Positions 1 to 21,390 of a DNA stretch of 64,000 bases are shown in pieces. A program made the translations under genes and the position numbers. Below the pieces are notes generated by a model. It saw nothing but the letters and a program-made list of their open reading frames with translations, had not been told where the DNA came from and ran no database searches. Source of the stretch: Tubiluchus corallicola (lineage: Eukaryota > Animalia > Priapulida); the NCBI GenBank assembly GCA_030141605.1, contig JAQGDQ010000178.1, positions 186,001-250,000 on the forward strand, given 5' to 3'. The first letter of the stretch is position 1. Each line of letters begins with the position of its first letter.

Positions 1-138
1 AAACACGCATTTTCTTCCAGTTTAGGCATAGCTCGCTGTTTTGTCTACGCGGTAAACTTCCTGAAAATGCAGATTATTTTGATCAGGTCCTTACTTTTAT
101 TCGTGCCTGTTGTATGTTTTAACGGCAGTGAAATGTGA

Positions 139-7827
<7,689 letters not shown>

Positions 7828-8929
7828 GTTGCTGGATTGTTCTGTTCTTGTACCATTGTAATAATATGCAATGTGCCTACATTAAGTATAAAGCAAGAGA
7901 TCGTTGTGTTTTTTTGTAAAAAGGAAAAGAATTTTTTAGAGCATCGAGCAACTTTGTGCGTTAGGATCGTCCTGGGCAAAATTATGCATCCAAAATCTTT
8001 GAGAAAACTCACGCACGCACCCCCCCCCCCAGATATATATATATATAATGCACACAGGGAAGAACGAGAACACAGTATCAACTTTAACAAGCACATACCT
8101 ATACACTAATATACACCAAAATTTTTTACAGTTTCCCGCATATATGGACATAATATCAAAGTACCGTTAACCCTGTTGGATGGGTTTAGACTAACGAAGT
8201 GAATTAGCCAAGCAGACCAACAGCACTGATACAGGCAATTAAAGATTAATACTCACTGCTTCAGGAGAAGATTTAGAACTGTAGTTGATGTGCATACACT
8301 AAATCGGAATAGCTACACTACACCAGTGCATGCAGTTTTAAATTCAGCATTTGATAGTATTGTCGAAGGTAGGTTGTCTTAATGTGTAACATACGTATAT
8401 ATTTGTATAACCGCGTTTACTGCTTCACACAGCAATGGCTTGTGTTTTACTGCTTCGTACTTTATCTAAGGCAACAGTACGTTATCTCGAAGGTTCAGTG
8501 ACGTTTAGGCGGGCCTAGGCACGGAAATATTATGTTTACATTTGGCAAAACACTAAGGAAATATAAGTTTAAATAATGTATATATAAGACATAAGGAATA
8601 ATTTAATCAATATTTGTTGGATGCCAACGTTATTAACGATAGATTCCTTGCCCCATTTCCTTATCCCTCCCTCGGTTTTTTAACGTGACATTTCATGAGC
8701 TGAAACTTAAAAGGCTGTAAACGATTTTTTTGTTTTATTCTCACACCAAATTAGGAAATAAAGTCTTCTTTCTAAGAAAGAAAAAAGTTCTGTTAATAAA
8801 GCCGAAAGTGCTTTAATCAAAACAAATAACATAATTTTTATGTTAAGGTAGTAATGACAAAGAAACGCTGGGCTATAAAAACTTGCTATGTATAAAAATG
8901 AAGTTATAAATGAGTCAAGTGAAAGCACA

Positions 8930-9072
8930 CCTTGGACACAGTACACGGTCAGTGTCAACGTAGAGGGAGACAAATGAAGGTACAACCTGGACACAAGACA
9001 CGGTTAGCGTCAACGCCGAGGGAGAGTCAAACGAAGGTACAACCTGGATACAGTACACCGTCAGCGACAACG
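8930..9072. repeat. Short tandem repeat, about 55-bp unit, about 2.5 copies
   Basis: Recurring acacggtcagtgtcaacg...gaaggtacaacctggacaca units. Confidence 0.7.
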
Positions 9073-10388
9073 TAATTTCTAATGCGGCTCACATTTGCAA
9101 TCACGCATAATCGAGTTTTTGCCATCAAACATCATTATCCCCACCATTCTCATCATTTACCTGCACATCATTTGCAAAATCTATAAATTCTCAACTGCTC
9201 GTAAACAACGAGCTGCACAACAGTATTTAATGGCGTCTGTTAGTGACACTGAAAGCAATAATGGCAAACTCAAAGCCGTGCAGCTAATAAACACAAAAAT
9301 AAGAAAGATTAAACTAAATCAAGGTTATTTTCAAATTTATTGGAGTCAAAAAGCTCATGTTACTACAAAGATGTAGCAATTTGGTACGCTTAGACATTTA
9401 TTAAATGCATTCCTTTTTTGTGTTCACTTAAAATTACATTATCGTACATGAATAGTGCCTACCTTATAATATTACAACACACATGACAATGTATCAATTA
9501 AAACATTATCAGTACTGTCAAATAATCAAACAGTGGTAAAAAAATAAGACAACCTACTTTGCAGAAATTTAGGAGCCCATGAACGCAAAGAAATTAAAAT
9601 TTGATAACAATCAATAATTGTAAAAAACATAGTAATCACAGAAGCACAAGTGTGATGCTGGTTAAAACATGAACACACACGCACATCTCGGAAGTACTAA
9701 AATTAATTAATCCCACATTTCGCTCTGTATATATATAAGAACTTTAGCGAACTTTAGCTTTAATTCACACAAGTGAATTATTCGTTAAAATACACCAAAA
9801 TTCAAGACTCAAGATTGTTTTCTTCAAACCAACACAAATACAAAATTATTACATTTAAAGAAAGAAAAAGTTTTCAACAATTCAATTGTTAACAAACATT
9901 AAGGTACGTAACAAAAAGTTTGAGAAAAATCATTAGCTACCCACGTCGTACACATATATTCCAAAAAACTGAATTCTCCCCACATTAGTCACTCTATAGA
10001 TGAAAAAAAACTTAAGGCGCTGATACTTGACTTGGATAATCAGCAATTAGTTCAGGTTATTTTATTTTTGAAACACTGGAATAAGAAAGCAAAAGTTTCG
10101 CTCAATACAAACAGGCAGGAAAACTGCATGAGAAAGTTGAAAACATCTTTTTCTGTAGGTAAAATATTTACAATAAATTAATAGTTGTAATACGCAATTC
10201 ATTCAAATTTTGTTTATAGCGATAACGGTATTATATTAAAATTGATGTAAAACACAAATTTTCTTCTTGTTTAGGCATTGCTCACTGTTGTGTCTAGGCC
10301 GTTGACTTACTAAAAACACAGATCGCTTTCACCATTTCCTTACAGTTATTTGTCCCATGCTGTGTGTTCTAACACTGCTGAAATGTGA

Positions 10389-11003
10389 TCATTTCTTAAG
10401 AGATTTATCCTCAGCTAATAACAGAGGGCGCTGTACTTTGCCAAATCCAGATCTTGGAAGAACGTCCACAAACTTAGCGCCACCAGCAAGCCATTTTGTC
10501 TCAAGACAGACGCTCTGAAATGATAAAATTCAGGAAAATTCCTCATCATGGTTTCACCAGAAACATCTTTTCACACAAGAGTGTGACTGTTTATCTTAAT
10601 TATCTTTATAGGAGAAATTTTGAAAAATCAATTAATTGCCAGCACATCAACCTATTCTTAAATTCAACTAAGCTCCGTCATAGGCTTAAACATTTTAAGC
10701 AAACCAAAAAGTCAGGAACAACTTGGATGCGTGTATTTTGGTTAAATGTTACAGAGTTCACATATTTGTCCCAACAAAACGAGGGAAAGTAGAAAAGGAA
10801 AAAGAAAAATAGCATTGAAAATATGGAATAATACCTTTTACAAAACGTATCACATCCTCCTCTGACAAACGTGAATTCCTTCTCACAATGTAAGCTCTAG
10901 GAAGATAATAATTAGGAGCATCGGGATCATCAATTCCAACAACGGCAGCATCAGTGACATCTGGGTGTGATATCAGCACAGCCTCAATCTCAGCTGGTAT
11001 GAC
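10389..11003 (-). pseudogene. ANL/4CL-like copy 2: only exons 9 and 10 present, frameshift in exon 10
   Basis: Exon 9 11003-10835 (VIPAEIEAVLISHPDVTDAAVVGIDDPDAPNYYLPRAYIVRR...). Exon 10 10514-10389 has one extra T (TCT TGA GAC versus TCT GAG ATA in copy 3), giving an immediate stop; the shifted frame continues KWLAGGAKFVDVLPRSGFGKVQRPLLLAEDKSLKK*. No exons 1-8 found between it and copy 3. Confidence 0.88.
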
Positions 11004-11339
11004 CTAAAATGAGCAACAAGAAAGTTAGGTTTATACTTTTCTGCACTACTCATTCATTACCCTTCTGTTTATCAATAATCCTTCTTAGCTTCTACCTCCC
11101 TTTCGTTCTTTCTTCTCTACTTTGACCACTTTTAAATTAAATTGTAGGACTACATTATTTTTAACATTGTCCCCTTAAATTTGTACACTGGTATTCCAAT
11201 AATCAAAATTAACAAAAAGGTTCTAAAAAAGTATTCGAAAATGCATTATTTTACGTCAGCCTGAATTTTCTTGCCAATTGTCTATTTTTTGTCAATTCCG
11301 TAATCGAGTCATATTTCCGTTTCATTGTTCACTGTCGAA

Positions 11340-14300
11340 TCGTACTGCTTACGGTTATGCATCTAGTCCTATTGTAGCCACAGTGAGACGTAGACATCAC
11401 CTGGAGACTTTTTGAACATGATAAGTCAATTCACATTTAGGAATTCCTTTAAATGGTTACAGTTTGTATCTGTCAAGACAACATACATCCTTTGTTTCAA
11501 GTTAAAATATCAGATAAATTTCTTTAACTTGCTTGCGGTCGTGATCACAGTGGTAGATTGTCTACCCACACTGAATTACGAGTTCGACTATAGTCGTGAT
11601 GTTAAAATTTTGACATGCACATCGACTGCACAGCATCTTGTTCAAAACGTCAGTACCTTGGTAGATGTTGTATGTAAGTATTTTCCATAAAAAACAGTTC
11701 AAGTGGCTGACATGACTCTTTTTACTTTTACACAAAAGGGCCCACTGAAGTCACGTCAAAACAGCAATTTACATCATTTCATTATCTTGTAATCTATAAT
11801 GAAACAAAATTCATAACCAAATTCAGATGAACATGCATAGGCCTACATATTAGTGTATTCGTGCAAAGGTGCACAACATTGGTGCATTTATGGAGTATAG
11901 GATTAGGAGAAGGATTAGGACAAGCTGTGTGGTTTCCTAACCCAAACCATCATTAAAAGGCGTAAGGTTGGTACGAAAATTGTTAAGTGTTTAGTTGGAA
12001 CTGTAATACGCCTTTTACAGGGTTTTTGGAGTACTCTGTTAGCGTACATGGCAGTGGTGAAACATTTGTACGCGGAGGCCACATGGAACTCATTTGTAAT
12101 GCAAATGCTAATCCTGCACCTAAGTATACATGGTATTATAAAAATATAACTACTTCCAGGGAATATGCTTACAAAACAGAAACTACAATTTGATGACGAA
12201 GGAGTGTACAGATGTGTTGCTGAAAACTGGATTGGCAGTGGTTTCTACAATTATACTCTCTATCTTGATCGTAAGTCTTACAATGTACACTGCGTAATTC
12301 AAAAAGAGTGATACACTTTTAGATATTGTAAAACAAAATCAAGGACGATAAAAATCTGTAAATTTCAGTTTGAAACGTCAATTCGACAGTTTGCTATAAT
12401 TGGCACTTTTTGAAATTAGATTTTTTTTAAATAAGAAAAACCAAAATGCAAATAGGCAGTGTTTAAGTTGATATCAAAGTTGCATGTATTTCCTTATCTA
12501 CTGACCACGAGTTGCAGAAGCAGACTTGTAAGACCGGGCCAGATTTACACCTAATACGTAACTAATAACTTCCCAAGAAAATCGTTTATATTCCAACCAT
12601 TATCGAATAAATTCATTTCTACAATGTACTTGCCGTACAACGTGTGCGAATTCTTAACAACAAAGAAGTCTCACAAGTAACTAGACTCAAAAATGGCTTA
12701 GGTGTAAGTTTTTAATTACGCCATTTATTTATTACTGGCCAATACTAGAAAAACCTGTTTTAAAGCACCCGCTATTCATTACGTTTGTGGAAGAGCCATT
12801 CAACAAAACAATTATAAATCCTAATTAAACATATTAAGACGTTTCATAAAACAGATTCATAAGCGCCATGATAGATAGGTAGATGGTGTCTGTAAGTTTA
12901 GTACACACTTCGCCGAAGTCACACAACTTTGGTGCCAGCAAAATCCTGTCATTTCTTGTTACAAAAGCACAAGTTGCAGCATGAAAATCAGAATAAATAT
13001 ATGCATGAACCCTGCCATTGACTGTATAGCTAACAGTGATAAACTGTAGCAATTAAAACCTATATGTGTTGTAAGTAGCAATACAAAAGTGCATAAGTGG
13101 GTCATGAATATGTAAATTCTTTGGCAGGGATCATACACTTTGAGGGCTTAGATCAAATATGGGTGAATTTATTCCAAGACAATAAGTTCCATGTTCTCTT
13201 CTGTGGTGTGCCAGATTTTGAAGATATTGAGTGGCTGTATGCAAAGCCGGGAAAACCAAAAATGGAAAGCGTGACAGTACATACTGGTGAAGGGACAGTA
13301 ACAAGTGGTCGCTTTGAATCAACGATTACAAAAACACCAAGTGGGGAAGTTTGTTACAAAGTAGAGCTGTCTATACATGTGATGTTGGCTGAAGATATGA
13401 ATGAGCACATCATTAAAATATCTTACAAAAACGGGTTTACGACTTTTAAATTGCACATGTTTTGTAAGTACCTTATGCAATTTGCCAGAACGTATCACTA
13501 AAATAGTAGAATTTTTTTAAATCGGCCTAAAGGAAATTAATGCAAAATAATGGGTTGTGCACTGCAGTCAGTGTGACAATAGTAGATGTGACAATAGTCT
13601 CAAATATAATGACCACGAGTAGCACTAGTTACACGGCAGTTCACTGGACATGTATCAACTTGTAGATCGATTCGGGTTGATTAAATGGGAACAAGCAACG
13701 CCATCATAAAATTTGTCTCATAATTATTTATTAGAAAGAAATTGTAAAAAGTTTTTTTTATAATAGGCAAACCCACATTGACTCCTGGTTCAAAAAGAAC
13801 ACATACTGGCCTGGTTGAAAACCCTTTGCATATATTCTTTATATTTTGTGCTAAACCTGAATACATAAAGATAAAATGGACCAGAGCAAATGACGAGGAA
13901 TTCAACATCAGTCTCACGCCAAATAAAAGGAACAATACCCTTCATGATCGCATCACTGCCTCTGTTTATCTTATTGACAACTTCTGCTACTACACTGATG
14001 TAAATATAGATCCTGCTGAAGAGAAAGACACGGATTTGTACAAAGTGACATTGTACAATAAATGGGAAGGAGTCCAATTTACTATTCAATTGGGTAAGTT
14101 ATTCCTCTAAACTAGTCTCTAGAATAGTCTGTAAAATAGTGAGAAATAGCAGATGCTGTTTTCAGATTTTCAATTCGTAGTCAGACTTATAGTATTGTTC
14201 AGCATCCATGTGCATCCAGCATCCAAAACACTTTTCTGTCGCTGGTTTACTTTTTCAAAAACTTGAAGTTGCTCGACTTTAATTTTTTAGCAGAATACAA

Positions 14301-14860
14301 TAAAATTACATTGTTGGTTTAATAATCATATGGCCAAAACTTAATATCCCGTATCTCGTTTCTAGATGTGCTGGACCAGGTTGAGATTGAAAAGACAAAT
14401 TACAGGACATTGGCACTCATTTTGGTTCCGGTAATTATGACCTGTATGTGCTGCGTGGCAGTAGCCTTCTTTGTTAAAAGGAAACAGAGAAGAAAAAGTA
14501 AGAACATTTTTTAAATTTATTACCTGTAAGAGAATCGAATATACGGCCTAACGGAACATTTAGTGAACATTTAGGCCTTTTTAAAATTATGCAAGGATCT
14601 GCTTGCCATTTTTTTGTTCGAGTCGCTTTTGCAGTTTAGCAAATATTGGGTTGTAGACTTAGATATGGAAATGGGGGAATAGTAACGGTGCAAGTGGCGA
14701 TCAGTGGTCTTAATTAACAGTTTCCAAGTCCTTCACTAAAAGTAAGGAGCATGCCATTTTGGCACAGTTAAATAACTTTTGACTAGTTTGACACAGCCAT
14801 GTGGGGGTGTCGATCTGAGTAGCGAGGTGTCTTCACAGTTTACAAGTCCTTCACAAAAGT

Positions 14861-14927
<67 letters not shown>

Positions 14928-16128
14928 CTGCAGCGAAAACCCTGTTTAGCATCAATTGTACTATACAGCTTTCAGAAAATGACAAATATGCACTGTGATG
15001 GAAACCTGACATAATTTGTAACCTAGGTAGTTCTTAAACAGACAAGCAGACACTTGTTTATTTGGGTTTTGCACTGTTGGTAATTGTCGTGTCATAACAG
15101 ACAGCCTATTTTTTGTTAGTCATGCTATCAATGGAGGAGTACGTTTCCTCTCTGGAAACAAGTGACGTGCTGGAATCAAGTGAAGACAGAAGCTACGAAT
15201 GATGAAAACAAAATAATTGTCAATTCTCGGGCTATCGAGGTTGGTCGATCTAACAGAAAGTTGCGTTCATGATTTATATTAACGATTTCGAGATGTAACA
15301 ATTCTGAAAGGTAGGCTCTTCACTACAATTTCTTGTGCTGATTTAATTTGCTGAAACCAAAGAAAGAATTTATAAAAATCGCAGTCTTTGCAAAAAAAGA
15401 ATTAGATATTCTTTTGATAATTATAATTGCTTGTAAAGATTCCGAACACCTAAAAACAAAATTGAAAAGACAATAAGAAAGATTTCAACTGAACCTAACG
15501 AAGTGTGAGCACTCCTCAAATTGTTATTAGTGTTATGGCTTGGAAACTGAAATCTCCTCATACTGTGCAATTGGTAATAAGTTGACCAAAACTGAAAAAT
15601 TGAAAATCCAAGCAAAAAAGTAAAGCTCACACAATTAAGAGAACTACTACACTAATTCGGTGCAAGACTTACTGTGCTAATTTGATCATTCTGTACAAGG
15701 CCAATATTTTGACCTATTTCAAAATACCTTTCTGAAATAAAGATCTGTACAAGTAAAATTACTTCATAATCCAGTTAGGGTTTTCTGTATTGGATAACTT
15801 TGACAGTATTTGCATCAACTTCAATCTACATTTTAAAACCTGTATAATTCAGGTAGCTTCATGTTACATTTGTCTCAAGTAAAAAAACGTACTTTAACAT
15901 TGGCTATGTTAAATTTAAATAAATTCGTCAATCAAGACCAAAAAAAGTGCTGAAAAAATGCTTTTTGTATTTAATAAATTTTTAGTTTTTTGAGAAACTA
16001 AACTGTCCTGGATTGACAAGCATTTATTTTTGCAGATAAACAACAATTATTACGCCAGAAGCAATGCAGAATACAATAACACAAATATAGCCGAAGTTAG
16101 ATCCCCTTTCATGCTGTATGAATCGTGA
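11340..16128 (+). pseudogene. Degraded multi-Ig-domain single-pass membrane protein (cell-adhesion/receptor-like); 5' end missing
   Basis: Degraded Ig exon ending about 11672 (VDITWRL ... ILTCTSTAQHLVQNVSTLVDVV). Ig exon 12021-12270 (LICNANANPAPKYTW / frameshift / DDEGVYRCVAENWIG). Intact Ig-like exons 13128-13463 and 13767-14093 (FC..P...W ... CY). TM exon 14366-14497 (LALILVPVIMTCMCCVAVAFFV-KRKQRRK). Candidate cytoplasmic exons 15120-15239 and 16036-16128. Phase-1 introns between domains. Confidence 0.75.
14863..14926. repeat. (TA)n microsatellite
   Basis: Seen directly. Confidence 0.95.
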
Positions 16129-16564
16129 GCCATAGTGGAATGAAAATGTCAAAGACTGGAATACGCGAAATGCAAACAAATGGAGAAATATGCGCTGAGC
16201 AATGCAATAGGCGGCAGTATCACAACCTGAACCATTGCTGTTAATTTAACCTGAATAGTCGTGACTGCTTCCTAAGTGACACAAAGTGGCCAAGAAACCG
16301 CTTCCAGAATTCCAGGAGCAGGCTAATTAAAGCCAGTTGGCGATTTGAACCCAGTTGAAATCATATTTGGATGATTGGATTATTATCCCATGCAGTCCTG
16401 AAAAACAGTTATACTTTATTTGTCCATTGATGATAGTGATATTAACATGAGCTTTGTCATTTTCGTTTCAGCGTGTGCCAGTTTTGCCTGAGAAAGTGCA
16501 TACAAACAATAAAGAATAATTAAGCACATTAATTTCTTTTTGGTTTCTTAATGCCATCTTAGCT

Positions 16565-16745
16565 CATTATCATCGCCATCATCACCACCACCACTACCAT
16601 CATCATCATCATCATCATCATCATCATTAACATCACCAACAACAATAACAACAACAACAACAACAACAAAAATATCATCATCAACAACATCATCGTTGTC
16701 GTCGTCATTATCGTCGTCATCATCAACCTCATCGTCATCAGTTCA
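16565..16745. repeat. Compound trinucleotide low-complexity tract (CAT/CAC/CAA/CGT)
   Basis: Seen directly. Confidence 0.85.
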
Positions 16746-17559
16746 TCGTACTTATTTAGTTGTCTTGAATAATCTTTGGTTTAAAGCATAATTTAGTTCC
16801 GTCTTGACTTTCCACACTACCTTCCTTTTGGACAAATTTCATTTCAAAATTAAATTGTAGTTTTATTTCATCACTAATAGTTAACTTTGATTTAAAATAA
16901 ATAACTTATTTTGGATATTTTATTGTTTTATTCTTACATCTTTTAGAATTTGATTAAGAATTTTTTCGTAGAAATACTTGTATTTTGAAATTAATTTTCT
17001 TTCAAGATGCTCAATAGACCACCACCAAAATCTAATACAAATATTAGGGGACAAGCCATTTGGGCGCGGCCGTTTGCGCACCAGGCCATTGGGCACTGGT
17101 TTGTTCCTTAAACATCGTGTTGCTGGGACAGGTGCAAGCAATTAGGGTAAGCAAAAAGAATAAACACTGTGTCTCGAAATACACCTCACTTGCGCATTTC
17201 TCAACAGCTACTTCCCCTTCTGGTCTCTGTTCTTAATTATGTCAGCCTTCTTCACAATTCATTTAACTATTTAAAATGCTATACGAACCTATAAAAAAAT
17301 TTATATATGCTATAAAAATGTTAAACACATCAGCCCATCAACCTCACTTTTGCATAAAAGAATTTAATTGTTTTTCTGAGCTTCACATTCATTGTTTTTT
17401 CATTGTTGTGAACTGTGGGAAAACTGCTCGCTCTGAAAAGCTCTACTACTGATTGTGTAAAGGCTACAAAGGCGAAATACAACAAAATGGTCATTCTTTA
17501 TTCTTGTGGTCACATTTACAGACCGTTTACCTTGTAACTCAAACAAAACTTGACTTTGC

Positions 17560-19300
17560 AGTAAGCAAACTATTTTCTTGGAAAATTATACTCAACAGTG
17601 CCACGTCTTGTGTCATCAACAATTTCATGAATCTGTTACAAGAACTGTAATGTCAACTATTGGAGAGATTCTTAATGACCATGGCGACACATTAATAATT
17701 ATAGATTACGACTCGGACACCTTACCAAGTGACTTTTTATCCGGGAAGTTGCTGAAACAGCTGTCTTTAATATCATGTCACGGACTTTTTAGGATTGGAG
17801 CTTACGAAATAGCAGGATATGTGGAAAATCTAGAAATAAGAAAAAGCAGTAATTTAAACTTTATTGACCCACTGGCCTTTTATCATCAGACATACATGAT
17901 CTCTCTAACTTTGGAAGAACTTTACAAACTAACCTATCTTCAGTTGGATCTGAGACATGTTGTTCATATTAAAGAGATAAATATAAGAAGAGGTGACTTA
18001 AAAACCATGACAAACCCATGGATAGATGTATCTGTAGCAAGATCTGTTGCTGTCCGATTAGAGGGTAGGTCTGTTCATTTTATGAACGCGAACACTATAA
18101 CCTTCTATATACAACGAACCATGTAAGATTCTAACCCGAGAACAATAAAAACAGTGTAGCTTAAGGACTCTGTCTAGCAAATAGTGAGTTAACTTATTAA
18201 TTTGTAGAAAAAGATTCATAACATAAAATTCCGTCGTAAACACAAACAGTTGGAATTTTATCACACACGCACAATTATAATACATTCAATATAACAGGGC
18301 GAAACAATCATTCTTATTACTACGTGCAGTGATATCGTATGATATTACGTCATGTATGATCATTACAATAAAACAAAAATAATTGGTAATGCAGTTAGGT
18401 TTTCGAAGCAAAGGCTTAACCCTGACGATTCAGCTAGTCTACTTTCTGCTAGATGCTTTCTGAAATTCAGAAAATTTTCCCTAAGCTTACGATGGAGTTG
18501 GTGAGCCTTAATCGTCAAATTGCTAACATGCTATTTGCTAGACAATGCCCTTAAACTTGCTGTTTTTGCACTTTTCCACATAGTATTCATAATCTGATAT
18601 GGTTTCTGTGCGTGTACTGCTCACATGGTTTTCTTTTGTTACTGCGAACACGTTCCACTCGCATTAAAATTTTACGATTTACAAACAGTTACGACAGTTG
18701 GTATCACCAGACGATGAAAAACACGTTTCTTTCAGTTCTTGTTACCATGAGTTTGAAACTGTCATACATCTTTGCTGAATTCTATCATGACTTCTATCAT
18801 ATTTTGTAACTTTTTTATTTCGATGTCTAAGGCCCAATGATGACTCAAAACGAAATGTGGTCAACAGTAAATTCTTATGATTCCCAATATTTTTAATGCA
18901 GAAATTCCACTGCAATGTGACTGCCAGATAAGATGGTTAATGTTAATACAGTGAAGGGAGCTTCAATTCACATGCTGGAATCCACCATCACTACGAGGAC
19001 GCAATGTTGGCAGCTTGCGCCATTCTGATTTCTGTGAAAACTGCTCAGCAGGATTTGAACCACATTATTGTGAAAAGAGAAATGAATGTGTTTCTAGTCG
19101 CTGCAATCATAATGAAACATGTATCAACCAAAAGGATGGATTCTCCAACGAATAAAGTAATGGACGCTCTGGAAAACCGTTTGTGGTACAGAGAGTGAAG
19201 ATTCCAAAAAACCCAATTTTGTCGTATGTATGAAAGAATGTAATGTACCACAAGGTGGGAAATGCATATTAAGACGATTTGGAGATTTCTGGGGGAGGGA
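17560..19300 (+). pseudogene. Degraded leucine-rich-repeat protein with LRRCT and EGF-like domains, followed directly by a LINE
   Basis: ORF 17578-18126 has LRR-like periodicity (LPSDFLSGKLLKQLSLISC; VENLEIRKSSNLNFIDPLAFYHQTYMISLTL). The exon from 18902 reads IPLQCDCQIRWLMLIQ*RELQFTCWNPPSLRGRNVGSLRHSDFC (LRRCT), then NECVSSRCNHNETCINQKDGFSNE* (EGF-like, truncated), with in-frame stops. Confidence 0.72.
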
Positions 19301-21390
19301 GGTCATACGGCTGCTGGAGTGATACGGCTCATTGGTGTGATGCGGCTCAAGAACATCAAATTTCTAAATATAAATATTCAAAGTCTCGTCAAAAAACACA
19401 GGCTGCTCAAAGATACAATTCACGCCACCGAAAATCTAATTGTAGGCATAACAGAAACTTGGCTACATAAACAAATACTTAGCAACACTATAGAATTACC
19501 TAATCACACATTAATAAGAAGAGATAGATGTAAAAATAAGAAAGGTGGAGGGGTTGCGATGTATAGACGACACCCGAGACCACAAGAAAAGAAAGGCATC
19601 AGAACCAGCAAGATTGAATCTGTTTGATGCAGCATTGAGAACTATGTAATAGGAACCATATATAGACCACCCAATCTCAAACACAAAACATTTTTCAAAT
19701 ACTTCAGTGAAGAATAAGAACGCAGTGTTTTCGAAAGTTCTTATAATCTGCGATTTCAACCTTGATATTTTAGCTACAAACACACTGGCATACAAAACAT
19801 ATACAGAGCTCTTAAAACAGTATGAAAATATCCACAGTAATTGACCATTTCATTTCGAATAGTAACAATAATTTCGTAGCATATGATACTTTCCCGTGTG
19901 ATTATTCAGATCATCATTTCACAATATTAGTAGATAAAGTGACCCCACAGCATAACAATAACCAAAATTCAGTCTGGCATTTAATGAGAGACTACGCCCA
20001 ATACAAAAAACAAAAAAATGAACTGGACCTCCATATATATGACTGATAAAATAGATACACAAGTTAATATTCTGATTAATAATGTCGAATATTGCCTTAA
20101 TGTACATGCACCATAATTATAAAAACGTAAAACAAATCCCACAACAAAGCAAACTCAATAACGAAAGTACCTGGACAACACCTGAACTTGACAAACTAAG
20201 AATAGCGAAAAAAAGTACAATATATGGGAAAAGAACAAAATAAAAACCAATCATAACAATTATAAAAAAAGAGAAATCAGTTTAATAATCTTAATGAATG
20301 CTTGAAAAATGAACATATACAACAACAATGTAAAAACGCAACAAATAATAAAGAAAATGGAAAATTATTAACAATGTAATAAATAAATGCCATAACGAAC
20401 TAACGCGTATTGACGAAATGAAGATCAACAACACTGTTATTACAAAACCTAAAGATATTGCCAATGCGCTAAAAGCAATATTCTTGACTCATAGAAATTT
20501 TAAGGGAGTGGCTTCTCATGTTAGCAATAATATAATTAATAAATTAAAAAACAAATCGTCTATCACAGTATTCTCATCCAAAGGCGCCACAGTAGGAGAA
20601 ATTAACGACATATTAAATAACCTAAGTTCTAACAAAGGGAGTGGGCCATCAGATATTCCTATCAAAATTCTAAAAGATAGTGCATCTGTAATAGCCCCGC
20701 ATATGACTTACACTGCTAATCAGATGATTATGAGAGGCGAATTTCCAACTGTATGTAAAATGGCAAACGTGACACAAATCCATAAAAAAAGATTACAATT
20801 CCCAATCATTAAAGCACACAAAGAATATTTTATTCAGCTTTTTTATATTTAAATACATTAACAACATCAGCAAGCCATTCCAGAATAACAGAATTACCTT
20901 TTTTCCAAATCCTGTCGTTAATTCCAGAACAAGCAATCTAAAACAAATAAGGACAAATACCCACTACGGAACGAACTCTGTAATCAAACAAGCAATTCTA
21001 CTTTGGAATTCTCTAAGATTACATGTTAAACAAATCAAGTCCCTATCAGCATTTAAAACAAAATTAAAATCAATAATATTAACCAGATATGAAATACCAT
21101 CACACCAGTACGACAACATACACACTAATTCAGAATTCATATATCCACGGCCATATTAATTGATTCATAGACTTCTTTCATTTTTTTGTGCATAGTTGTA
21201 AATATGTTTGATTTTATTCGTCGTTACTTTCCATTACTGCACAGTAGTTTAGATTGTTCTAGCGCATTTGCCTTTAGCAGTGTAAGTTTTTATTAATTAA
21301 CACTGATTGATCATCTCTGTAAAGTCTTTATCAGTGATTATCAATGTATTTTCATGGCAAATAAAGATTATATATATATATATATATATA
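19300..21390 (+). mobile_element. Decayed non-LTR retrotransposon (CR1/L2-group LINE) with APE endonuclease; RT core deleted
   Basis: IKFLNINIQSL...IVGITETWL...LIRRDR...KGGGVAMY and SDHH endonuclease motifs. Pre-RT region (KGSGPSDIPIKILK...PTVCKMANVTQIHKK) joined abruptly to C-terminal/3' sequence. Ends in AATAAA plus (TA)n. Many stops and frameshifts. Confidence 0.9.

Noticed and set aside
7936-8151. ORF starting MSIY like copy 1 exon 1
   Set aside because: Similarity stops after four codons; no supporting exon structure.
12500-13052. Possible minus-strand coding relic inside the Ig gene intron
   Set aside because: Multiple stops and no motif I can assign with confidence.
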